A DNA stretch of 64,000 nucleotides, from contig OZ037770.1 in NCBI GenBank assembly GCA_964035545.1, positions 310,001-374,000 on the forward strand. The letters are read 5' to 3'. A program made the translations under genes and the position numbers. The notes below the pieces were generated by a model. The model was not told the DNA's origin and ran no database searches. It saw nothing but the letters and a program-made list of their open reading frames with translations. Positions 25,853 through 38,100 of this stretch are shown here, piece after piece; positions within the stretch are counted from its first letter, which is position 1, and each line of letters opens with the position of its first letter. This stretch comes from Bugula neritina. Lineage: Eukaryota > Animalia > Bryozoa.

Positions 25853-27556
25853 TGCCTTTGTGCTATATAATAATAGTATCTGCAATCTACGCTTCAGAGA
25901 AATAATATCAGATTTAATAGGCTTGAGCTAGGAGCGGATAGACACCCCGGTATTCGAGGTTGAATGTTATACTGCGAAACCATTGGAGAAAAATTATATC
26001 ATATGGGCTTAAACTATGAAATTTATTAGTAGATTTAAAAGCTATTGCACCAAAACATAACAATAAAGGTTTAAGCTAAGTTGGTAATGGTGATGTAACT
26101 GGTATGTGGAGGTTCCTAAAGGGTGTTGTCTAAATTGTGAATGCGAATAATATTCTTGTGCACATTTATAGCTTGAAAAATTTATTAATATTCATTACTT
26201 TTTGCAATAATTACAAAGTAAAACACACGTAACATTTATGAACATAAAGTTGGGGGTGTTGAGCATACACCTGTATCCACCACTGCCAATTGAAACTGCT
26301 AATTTAGATTTCGCAACGAGTTATTATTGCCAGCCATCAAACAATATAAGATTAGTGATTAAAACGTATTGTTCATTTGTTTGTTCCTCGAAATACAATC
26401 AGTATTATGTATTGTGCTGAGTTGGGTGACATTCTAGTTTCCTGTGTGTAGAATGCTAGCTCAGGCACAGTCAGTGTGTTACATAATATCTGTAGCAGTA
26501 ATGCTCACACACCTACATAAACAATATAGTGAAATGATGTACTACAAGACTGTAACTGATTGCTTATCAAATGTTGAGTGTCAATAGCAAAGTATTTCCT
26601 AAAGTTTGATAGAATTTAGGATTGGGTGCTAAATGAACGCTATGTAGGATATAAAATGCTGGTACACGGATTATACAACAGCTAGTATATATATTACAGA
26701 ATACATGCTGTAGGCCTACATAACTGTATTGTAAACTGTAAACTACTGATATTTTAACAAAACATTATTAAAACAGCTTTTATCACAATATAAAAGATAA
26801 TTTAGGATTTGCCTTTCCACAAGCTTTTGTTAGAAAGAAATGACAACTTCTATTCAGTCTAACACAAAGCAAAAGCGACTTGGCCTTTTTCAGCCAAATA
26901 TTAACATAAAACTATGCTGCCTTAACTTGGCAATTTTATACACCACATGAGTGTAGTGAGATCACGTCACTAAGGGAGAGGGGGCATTATATTACTCAGA
27001 TGACAGAAAACATCACCGGAGAATATAAAAGTTCAACAGTATTTTATTATTCATAAAATATAAAATATTTATACATTTTGAAAAAATAAAAATAGGGGCA
27101 CAACAAAAGATACAAGTTAAAACATGCTAGGCTCAGAACTGCCTAATTCCATGAAACTAAAACATGAAAAAGCGGAGGGGGGGCACTTCCCACCCCAAGA
27201 GAACAATATATTAAATTAATCTGTACACTAAGTGCATAATATAAACTCAATGGAATGAAAACTGAGCATATATTTTGGAATTGTCTGCTTTGAAGAGCAT
27301 TTACAGAGGATGATGGGAAACTGATTGTAGAACTAGCCTGAGTGGAGCAGACGGCATGCAGTATATGTAAGTTACCGTAATAGAGGGAAATCTAGCCTAC
27401 TAACTGCAGTAGACAATATATACATGATATGCTATAGAAATGAACAAGGAGGGGGGGGAGCTATCGTATCAAACAGAAACTGAAGCTGTTCCAGGTATCA
27501 CAGTCTTATTGGGGAGTTATCTTCTCCCACCGAGGAACCGCTGTCGACAGCGGCTA

Positions 27557-30500
27557 CTAACAGGATATGACCGAGGGGCTGGTCTGGGGTACTATTGTCG
27601 TACGCTTCACAAAGTGTCTAGTCAGCGTGTGCGTGCTGACGTCAGAGGTGAGAGAGGGCTGTGACATCAGAGCGTCTCTGGTCCCCGTGGAGCAGCTCTC
27701 GGAGGTCTGCTTATCCAGCAGCACCGTGTCTACCGACTTCCTGTCCTCGAACACGCTCTCCGCTTCAGATCTGACGTCCACGTCTGCTGAGTCGTCTGCT
27801 GTGCTGGGGAAGTGGTGCTCACTGCTGTTAGCCTCAGATTCACTGGTTACGGTGAGGTTGGGCTGTCGGTACACGGGCGAGGACTTGTTGGTGCTGTTGA
27901 GAAACCACTCTGACCGCTACAATATCCAGAGAGTGTGCTGAGAATAGTAGAGGGGAGACATTTGAGTAGGTGAGAGTAGGTGAATGTGGAACAAGTGAGT
28001 GAGTGAGTGAGAGAGTGAGTGAGTGAGAGAGTGAGTGAGTAAGTGAGTATTCAGTGAGAGAGTTAGTAGTTGGTGACTGACAAAGTGATTAAATGAATGA
28101 CTGACAGAATAGTTGGTAAATAAACAAGCTGAAGTAGGTGACTCAGAGAGGAAAAAAGGAAGAAGAACATGAATAGACAGACTGACAATACTGTTAGAGC
28201 ATAAGATGGCCGCCAGTTAACATAAGAACTGGTAGTAAGTCTCAGCAGAAACCTGTGGTACTGTAATACTACATCACTGACTGAGCAATGTATAGACTGA
28301 GAGACAAGGAGATGTGTAGACTGAGAGACAAGGAGATGTGTAGACTGAGAGACAAGGAGATGTATAGACTGAGAGACAAGAAAATGTGTAGACTGAGAGA
28401 CAAGGAGATGTGTAGGCTGAGCGACAAGGAGATGTGTAGACTGAGAGAGTATAGACTGAGAGAGTATAGACTGAGAGACTAACCTTCTTGAGGCGGGCCA
28501 TCTGTCTCATCTGTAACGTCTCAAACTTGGAGAGACTCTGACTGGTGAGCCGGTTCAGACTATTCGGGTTGAGAGACAAGTGAGACTACAACAAGAGAGA
28601 AACTCTCACCACACGGGCGGGGTGGAGTGGGGTACGCCCCGCACATCACCAGCTACAACTAAAGGAACCACAACTCTACTGAGGAGTAGACTAAGTTCTT
28701 CACCTTAGTTGATGTGTTGACGTCGGGCACGGACATGCAGCCTACCATTGACCTGCGGGCTTGACTAGGTAAGAGAGGGGAGGGAGTTCCATCCGGGACC
28801 TGCGAGGTGTCGTCACCTTGACCTTCCTCGTCCTCCAGTAAGAGACCTCTAGAGCTGCACTCCTTCCGCAGATGCTGAGCAAACGACCTCAGAGATGACT
28901 CATCTGTTGACAAACAGACAGACTCAATATATCAGCCAATCAAAAGCCATTTAGACAATCAGTCATTAAGTTGCATTTATACCTCTGCTGAAAAAAGCAC
29001 CGAGTTTCAGTTAATAACACTCGTCCGAGTATCCCTTTATAGTTAAACTGAAACTCGGTGAAATCATATTGATGTGGAAGCTTACTTTCTAAAAGTGAAA
29101 TCTGACTCGCATAATAGCTATTTGATGCCCTTTGTAAACGTCGTGAATTAGTAAAGTCGACAGCATAAAAGTTATCACAGTACAAAAATTTCACCGAATG
29201 GCTTTTACAATGCAATGCAACTCGGAGAAATTTCAACCCGGCCAAATTTAATTTTTCACCGAAAATCGTGAAGGTATAAACGCAACTTTAGCCAGGGTTT
29301 CTAAGAGACTGCATGTAGTAAGGGGGGGACAGACTCACGCTCCACACTGCTGTGCTGGGACACCGGGTACTCATACTTGTACGTGAACCTCTCCGTCACC
29401 ACTATCCCGGAGCAGGTGACGTCTGCAAAGTACTGCAGATTCGCTTTCCCAAAGATGGAGGTGATGGCGAACTGGTCTATCATCAGCTCCATCACCTTCG
29501 CCGCCTTCGTCACTCTCTTCGGGTCTCCGGCGCAGTTCCTGTAACAGACAAGAGTTGATTTAGTGCAGGCTCAATATTTGCAGTCCAATTCTTACTGGAA
29601 GATGCTGCAGGTAACACTTACTGGAAGATGCTGCCGGTGACGCTCTTGGCCATGGCCTCCGCTGACATGCTGTGAAACTCGATGTGATTCACCACTCGGA
29701 ACCAGACACCAAAGAGCAGCGCCAGGAAGTGCTGAGTAGACCTCGGGAGTGACATGACGACCCTGTTACCATAGCGACATGTATATACAGTTACCATAGC
29801 GATATGTATATACGGTTACCATAGCGATAAGAAATCGCTGCAGAAAGTATAATCTACAACTGCATGTAATAAGAAAGTGACATCTGCAGAAAATAACTCA
29901 CTTGTTGATGATATCGTACTGTACCAGTTCATTCTCGACTTCCAACACAGAGAGTAGAGTTTCCTCTCCTTCTGCACCAAAAACACCGCCGGGTATACAA
30001 AGCAGGAATCTCTGCAATACAGTATACTATCTCTCAGACTAGAGTATATCTCAGACTAGAGTATATCTCAGACTAGAGTATATCTCAGACTAGAGTATAT
30101 CTCAGACTAGAGTATATCTCAGACTAGAGTATATCTCAGACTAGAGTATATCTCAGACTAGAGTATATCTCAGACTAGAGTATATCTCAGACTAGAGTAT
30201 ATCTCAGACTAGAGTATATCTCAGTATATCTCAGACTAGAGTATATCTCAGACTAGAGTATATCTCAGACTAGAGTATATCTCAGACTAGAGTATATCTC
30301 AGACTAGAGTATATCTCAGACTAGAGTATATCTCAGACTAGAGTATATCTCAGACTAGAGTATATCTCAGACTAGAGTATATCTCAGACTAGAGTATATC
30401 TCAGTATATCTCAGACTAGAGTATATCTCAGACTAGAGTATATCTCAGACTAGAGTATATCTCAGACTAGAGTATATCTCAGACTAGAGTATATCTCAGA

Positions 30501-33130
30501 CTAGAGTATATCTCAGACTAGAGTATATCTCAGTATATCTCAGTATATCTCAGACTAGAGCATATCTCAGACTAGAGTATATCTCAGTATATCTCAGTAT
30601 ATCTCAGACTAGAGTATATCTCAGACTAGAGTATATCTCAGACTAGAGTTATCTCCACACGTACTTTGATAACTGATGCCAGAGTGTAGAAGTTGTAGTC
30701 AGCGAAGTCCACCGGACGACCTTCACTCAACTTCTTTATGATCTTCCGCTGGTCCACTGTGTTGCCGGGACGACGGAAAATATCGCACGTCGTGACGCCA
30801 TCTTGACTAATGTACTTCAGGAGATTCTGTGAGAAAACACGAGAGGCGTGCAGTTGGTACAGCAACTAAGTATGTTTAGCAACACTAGTGACAACACTAA
30901 TATAACTCATACTGAGTGTACTATAACTAATACTGAGTGTACTATAACTAATACTGAGTGTACTATAACTAATACTGAGTGTACTATAACTAATACTGAG
31001 TGTACTATAACTAATACTGAGTGTACTATAACTAATACTGAGTGTACTATAACTCATACTGAGTGTACTATAACTAATACTGAGTGTACTATAACTAATA
31101 CTGAGTGTACTATAACTAATACTGAGTGTACTATAACTCATACTGAGTGTACTATAACTCATACTGAGTGTACTATAACTAATACTGAGTGTACTATAAC
31201 TCATACTGAGTGTACTATAACTCATACTGAGTGTACTATAACTAATAGTTCTAGTAATAGTAGACAACTCTAAGACTGAGACAGTAGCATAGTATAGTAT
31301 ATAGTATATTAGAGTAAGAAGAGAAGACAACTCACAAGTAATGGAACCGGGATTGCATCATGTTTGAAGGCCACTTTCAGGGGAACTGAAAACTTCAACC
31401 TGAAAGTAAAACAGAGGAGTGAGTAGATACCCCCAGGAGTGAGGAGAGGGGAGAGATACCCCCAGGAGTGAGTAGGGGGTACCTCCAGGGTAACTAAACT
31501 GTGATCATGTGACCTAGAAGAAGATTATGAAGGAGATTACAGGAGATGATGGAGGATAATCTCCCTATAAACAAGAGTGAGATAAACTACTAGGATTAGG
31601 TTAGTTTATGACATTATAATAACACAGATGTGACTGTGTACAGTGTGGTACTGTGTATTATATACTGTATACTATGTATTATATACTGTATACTGTGTAT
31701 TATATACTGTATACTGTGTATTATATACTGTATACTGTGTATTATATACTGTATACTGTGTATTATATACTGTATACTGTGTATTATATACTGTATACTG
31801 TGTATTATATACTGTATACTGTGTATTATATACTGTATACTGTGTATTATATACTGTATACTGTGTATTATATACTGTATACTGTGTATTATATACTGTA
31901 TATTATATACTGTATACCGTGTATTATATACTGTATACTGTGTATTATATACTGTATACTGTATATTATATACTGTATACTGTGTATTATATACTGTATA
32001 TTATATACTGTATACTGTGTATTATATACTGTATACTGTGTATTATATACTGTATATTATATACTGTATACCGTGTATTATATACTGTATAGTGTATATT
32101 ACATCTTATAGAATAGTTGGGTGGTACAAAGTCTAATAAACACCTGAGAGAAACCAGTCACGGAGAGACGTACAGATCAAGTAGATTTACTAATAACTCT
32201 GCACTGGATTAAAAATACATCAAAACAAGTTTATTATAACCAAACTGACTACCTAATGGCCTGGAACCTCTGATATCAAAACGCAATGCAAACTAGAATA
32301 GCACTTCCATAACTTTATAACTAGGGACAGCATCAAACTGTCCTAGACAGCTGTAGCACCTACTTGGTAGTTGCTACCCCTACTATACACAGATAATCTT
32401 TAGTTGCTACCCCTACTCCACTACACCTACAAATAATCCCTAGCAGATCCGGCTAGTTTCTACCCCTACTCCGCTAGTTGCTACCCCTACTCAGTGTACA
32501 GAAACCGTTAGTTGCTACCCCTACTAAGCACACATGGCATCGACTGATCACCCAAACAGATGAAATATTTAAACTATGCTCAGATGTCACAAATAAAATA
32601 CCACAGATCACAGCCCAGGTTCTCAACAGTTGACAGAGCTGTGCGGTTGGCCCACCACCCACCCCTAAGCGAGAGCAGAGCTATGGAACTGCAGCTATAT
32701 TTTATTACCAGTTGCTGTAATTGTATAGTAATAAAGGGGAAAGATACACTCAGTGATTGTGTAATGGATTGTAGGTGATTACAGCACAAGTGGTGTCTGT
32801 CTGTCTGTGAGTCTGTTAGTACTGGGGGTATAGAAGTTACCTCCCCTGACACTCCCTGCTTCACAACACACAAGATATAATTCATGGAAGCCGAGTTAGA
32901 AGTTAATCTCCAAACATGCCAGAATATTCCATATAAGAGTTCCTTACAGCAGGATACAGATGTGTAGCCCGAGTTCTAACTATGGACCAGACAACTTCAC
33001 ACACTGTGGGTGGGGGGGGGGCGTACGCCCCTCTTTACACTTACTTTTGAGAGGCTGTATGACTGAGAGGGGCGGATGCACAGCCTAGGGTGAACGTCCT
33101 CCATATCCTATTGTTGGTAGAGAAGGCCAT
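27557..33130 (-). CDS. RhoGAP-domain protein
   Basis: Exons ~33130-33045, 31399-31336 (KFSVPL...IPVPL), 30826-30665 (DIFRRPGN arginine finger; TLASVIK), 30011-29902 (RFLLCIPGGVF), 29762-29622, 29538-29340, 28903-28704, 28585-28484, 27916-27557 (Ser/Thr-rich tail, TAG TAG). The start codon is tentative. Confidence 0.82.
28290..28480. repeat. 24-bp intronic minisatellite (GTAGACTGAGAGACAAGGAGATGT)
   Basis: Begins at the minus-strand donor (~28483). Confidence 0.85.
28968..29288. mobile_element. Putative MITE remnant in RhoGAP intron
   Basis: Inverted repeat AAGTTGCATTTATACCT (28968-28984) / AGGTATAAACGCAACTT (29272-29288), 1 mismatch; internal inverted CACCGAGTTTCAGTT / AACTGAAACTCGGTG. Confidence 0.5.
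30031..30655. repeat. 17-bp intronic minisatellite TCTCAGACTAGAGTATA
   Basis: About 36 near-perfect copies filling the intron; a 180-bp higher-order block is visible. Confidence 0.95.
30900..31245. repeat. 21-bp intronic minisatellite (ACTGAGTGTACTATAACTAAT)
   Basis: About 16 copies; source of the TNTECTI pseudo-ORF. Confidence 0.95.
31645..32095. repeat. 21-bp intronic minisatellite (TACTGTGTATTATATACTGTA)
   Basis: About 21 copies. Confidence 0.95.
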
Positions 33131-33249
33131 CTCCACCAATAGGGAGCCAGCTAGAGCCGTCCAATAGGGAGCCAGCTAGAGCCGTCCAATAGGGAGCCAG
33201 CTAAGGAAGGCAAACCTTTTCATCCAATTGTGTCTGTAAAAAAGTATAT

Positions 33250-33560
33250 TATATATACTGTATTACTAGTATATATACTGTATTACTAGTATATATACTG
33301 TATTACTAGTATATATACTGTATTACTAGTATATATACTATATTACTAGTATATATATACTGTATTACTAGTATATATACTGTATTACTAGTATATATAC
33401 TGTATTACTAGTAAATATACTGTATTACTAGTATATATATACTGTATTACTAGTATATAGACTGTATTACTAGTATATATACTATATTACTAGTATATAT
33501 ATACTGTATTACTAGTATATATACTGTATTACTAGTATATATATACTGTATTACTAGTAT
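33250..33560. repeat. 20-bp minisatellite (TATACTGTATTACTAGTATA)
   Basis: About 15 copies adjacent to a minus-strand acceptor at ~33236. Confidence 0.9.
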
Positions 33561-34329
33561 TTAGACTATACAGTATAAGGAAACATGACAGTTATGGGAC
33601 TGAGGCACTTGAAGTAATAAGACTGATAAGGTACATGTATGTACATAACACTATATGTACACAACACGTATGTACACATGTGTTATGTACACAACACGTA
33701 TGTACACACTGATTATGTACACACTACATCAGATAAAAATATTGAACAAATTTTCATCATAATGGAACAGGTTATGGGCTGATCAGTTATCAATGAGGTC
33801 TACAAACACAGTCATATCTGCAAACAAAAAGAGGTCTAACAAGCTAAGTTGCTGCCGAAGAGGTCTGGTAAAGCAGCAGCTTCAGGGCAGCATTATTTCC
33901 TCCGAACTACAAGGCACATAACAGTTGAGTTTGACAACCACAGACGTGTGTTGGAATAGTCACTTCCTGACAACGACAGTTCCACTTCATTCATTAGTTA
34001 GCTGTGAGGTGGTCCCAAGACATGTGGGTGGTGGGGGAGGGTCAAAGTCCACCACCTACTACAGTACCGCCCTCTAGACTAGAGTAGGTAGTGTGGAATT
34101 GTCCCCACACTGTAAAGACCACACCAGACACCCCTGGGTGTATAACATGCACTGAGAGAAGTTGAAATGCCGTCAGTTTGCAGAGTCAAGTAGAGGTTTA
34201 TTTACAGAGTTTAGCAGCAGCAGGTGTGACAGCATTGCATCTGGGAGGATAAATAAATAGAGGAGAGAGGAATGTGGTGAGAGATAAATGATGTTACATC
34301 AGAATATGTCAAATCAGCAGCTGTACTTT

Positions 34330-34517
34330 GTGTGGTACTAGCAGAGTGGTACTAGCAGTGTGGTCCTAGCAGGGTGGTCCTAGCAGGGTGGTCCTAGCAG
34401 AGTGGTCCTAGCAGGGAGGTCCTAGCAGTGTGGTCCTAGCAGTGTGGTCCTAGCAGTGTGGTACTAGCAGGGAGGTCCTAGCAGTGAGGTACTAGCAGTG
34501 TGGTCCTAGCAGTGTGG
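34330..34517. repeat. 14-bp minisatellite (GTGGTCCTAGCAGT)
   Basis: About 13 copies. Confidence 0.85.
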
Positions 34518-34844
34518 TGTGAACAGATGTCCAAAAATAAAATTGAAGCAAGGAATAGAATGAAGGATTATCTAGGAATACAGCATCCATCACTGAAGAC
34601 GTTCAAGTCTTCCAATCCGTCATAGCCAAAGACTAAAGAGGAGAGCAGTTGGAACAGACGAGTTTATACGGGAGGAGTGCTGAGTGCGACTATATCACGA
34701 TTAGATAAGAACTGAGGCTACAGGAGAGATGACTGAAGGCTACAAAATCTAAAGGCACCTCCACAAAACCCGTTAGATAAGCAGAATGTTTGGAATTTCA
34801 GCCAACTATGTGACTATTGACTGTCAAACAGTCGGACTTGATAG

Positions 34845-35120
34845 TTCTACTACTATAATGACTACTACTACTATGACTACTACTACTATGACTACTACTG
34901 CTACTACTGCTACTACTACTACTGCTACTACTATTACTACTACTGCTACCACTACTACTACTACTACTACTAGTACTACTACTACTACACACTACTACTA
35001 CTACTACTACTACTACTATTAGTATTACTACTGCTACTACTACTACTACTACTATTAGTACTACTAGTACTACTACTACTACTATTAGTATTATTATAAA
35101 TGACAACAACTACTACTACT
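34845..35120. repeat. (ACT)n microsatellite
   Basis: Trinucleotide run; source of the poly-Thr/poly-Ser pseudo-ORFs. Confidence 0.95.
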
Positions 35121-38100
35121 GTTACTCATAAATTTGAGATATTAAAAGCTCACAACATGCTCAATAAATCTTACATCTGAGTCACGATAAATTCAAATGA
35201 GTGGTTATCTAATGCTCAAAGAATTCTCTAACGACCAGTAAAATGTGACCAACTAAATTAAATTATGATCCACATTAAATCCCTCCACAACTATTTTACA
35301 TCAGGTTACCCTCTCTATACCTGCCAACCACCTGCCTGATAGTGTCACATATAACTGACACCACACAGTGTATCTAGTATGACACCCCACAGTATATCTG
35401 GTATGACACCACACAGTATATCTGGTATGACACTTAGCACTGAGCTAATTACAATCATTCTTCGTCTAACCAGAGTTACATCATTATCACCAGTTGAAAG
35501 AAAAACACAAAGTATGTAAATCAGTCAACACAACAGATGCTGGTCGCGGGTTGATGCAATAGTGTCACTACTCTTCCAGCTGCCCATCTTATATGTCAGC
35601 CTGCTACTTAGTGAGAGTGAGTGAATTAGACCGGAAGTAGTAGTAGTAGAGCTCTGTCATCATTAATTATTTTCAGAGAAATGTATTCACTACAAATTTA
35701 CTGCTTCTACACCACACTGGGACAGAGTTTCCAGGGGAATTCAGCTATTATATTTTTCACCACAGTTAACACTACCCAAAACAACCCTTTGAGTTAACTC
35801 TGCAGAAGATAGTGGTACTAGCTGGTTTTACTTGGACTAAACTGAATAGATAAAACCGTCACAAATGGAAAGACTTCCTTAGAACCTTCTCTACCCCATC
35901 TAGTGGATACTCTACTTAGCATAGATACAACAAAACTCTACCATATATTCACTATTGTGTTGAAATAAATAATATTCTCTCTACATTTTTACTTTTACGG
36001 CACCTTTATTGCTTTATTACAATTTATTATTAGAGTTTTACAGTGTAAAAGCCAGCCTATTGGCTAAAATCAGAGAGCATTAAATTCTTAAAGTCACGCA
36101 CAAACATTAAAAATAAACTATTACCTAAAAATCAAAATCTTTTTTAGTTTAAAATCTTTGGCAGTCTAAAATGTATTTTTACATCTTAGCCATTAAGCAT
36201 CCATAAAAGTAATTACCAGGGGAATAAATTTTAAATGACTGACTAAAAGGGATTAGCCTGGAAATAAATTAGTTAAGTTCTTAATACTCTACTAATACTG
36301 GATACAGGGGCCTGGACAATGGTACTTACAGTACCTACAGTATCTACAGTACTTACACTATATTATACTATACTTAGTACTTACACTACTTACTGTAACA
36401 TACTATACTCTCTGTAGGTGTACTGGTGACCTACATAACTGAGGAGGCCAGCATTACTAAGAGGGATCAAGCAATGTTCAATAACTAATTATACCCTATC
36501 ATTGACACTTGGACAGATGCCAACATCTCATCAATATATCTCAGTCGTCTGTAATATATTCCGTTGCGTGCAGTGACTGCACGCCACTCTCACTTTCTCC
36601 CATGTCTCTAGATATTATACTCCACATTTCATCTCACCCACTGCATTATTTATCATAATTATGCTATGTAATAGTGAAAGCCATTTAAATATCCCAGCCA
36701 TTTCCTGTAGAGATATTCCAGGCTCTGATAGAAATATGGTTCTAATTTTAATTTAGTCACATGAGAGATGACTGGCAGAAATAACCTGGGTAGCTATGAG
36801 TCACCAACAAGTACAGTTATACTAGTGAGAGACTACTTTGAGTGAATTAAATAATTTAGAATCATTATTTAAAATGCCTTACACTTGTGTTCAAATTATT
36901 TTTAGCTAAATAATTTATTACGGCCACATTTGAAAAATTAAAAAAGTTGAGCTTCTTACAAAGAGATTATTATTATAAGTCCTGAAGAAATGTGGCTGGA
37001 CTGGAAGAAAACAACAGAGTTTAAATAAGCCTGTACACCAGAAATAACTTGTAAAATCTATGATTTCACCACCAACAAAACTCAGTCTACGAAGCTTTCT
37101 CAGTCTATGGTAAAACTAAATAATACTCACAGGAAACAGAAATATTCCCAGCCATAGTGAATCCCGAATAGTCAAATTGAATACCAACAGCGTAAGGACT
37201 GTGAAGTTACAGCCAAGAAAGAATAAAATACAGCCCTCAGCCTACTGCATGCAGCCCGACTCAATAATCACATTAACATTAGCAAATAAATAATCAATAT
37301 ATTAGCAGTAGTAATTTATAGTCGAGTATCGATAGCGCACCAGCCTATGATTCATTGCCGTGTATAATAGCGTAGCGACAATACATCACGTCACGCTACT
37401 TCAACTCTGCCAACCTCTGCAATGACCTAACCTATCGAATGCCGTGCGCTTATCAAATGGCATCGCAGAATTATCACCTCCTGCTTGACCCCACCGATGA
37501 GTTTATCTTATTATTATATAAAGGTTAGCGACCTGGTAAACGGTGCAAAACACACATCATGCTTGAGTGGTGGTAATTTAGCTGTAGCACAACAGGGATC
37601 AGCTAAATAGTTATTCAAATTGATTTACTTAAATCTTTCAGCTACTTTAACCCTGTATTCTCCCACGCAGACATATTGAATTAGCTTGGATTGAGACATT
37701 TCAAGTGCTAGGTTAAGGCGAAATAGCCTGAGAAGATACCCTAACTATAATCTCTAGTAAATTGACAAATAATCCCTCTTGAGCCAAAATAATATAATGA
37801 TTCATGTAATTGATAGAAAAATAGCTATTTATATTTTAAGAAGCAAAACCCAAGCATAGAGTAGAGCCAAACTTGGAACTGCGGGTGGGATAGGGGGAAC
37901 TGCAATACTTGAGTAAGCAAGAAAGTTGGCTAATTCCCACTTTCTGAGCAGCTTTTTACATCCACATTACTTGTAGCTTTCCACAGAGACAGCAGAGGTA
38001 AACATTCCCCGAAGATAGGAAAGATAACTCCAAAGCAGAAGGGAAAAAGTTTATGAAAAACTTTCCAGTACTAGTAGTATTAGGAAGACTTACTAACTCT

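Noticed and set aside
28611-28653. Possible extra RhoGAP exon
   Set aside because: It would leave a ~25-nt intron and break phase; direct splicing ~28704 to 28585 is in frame.
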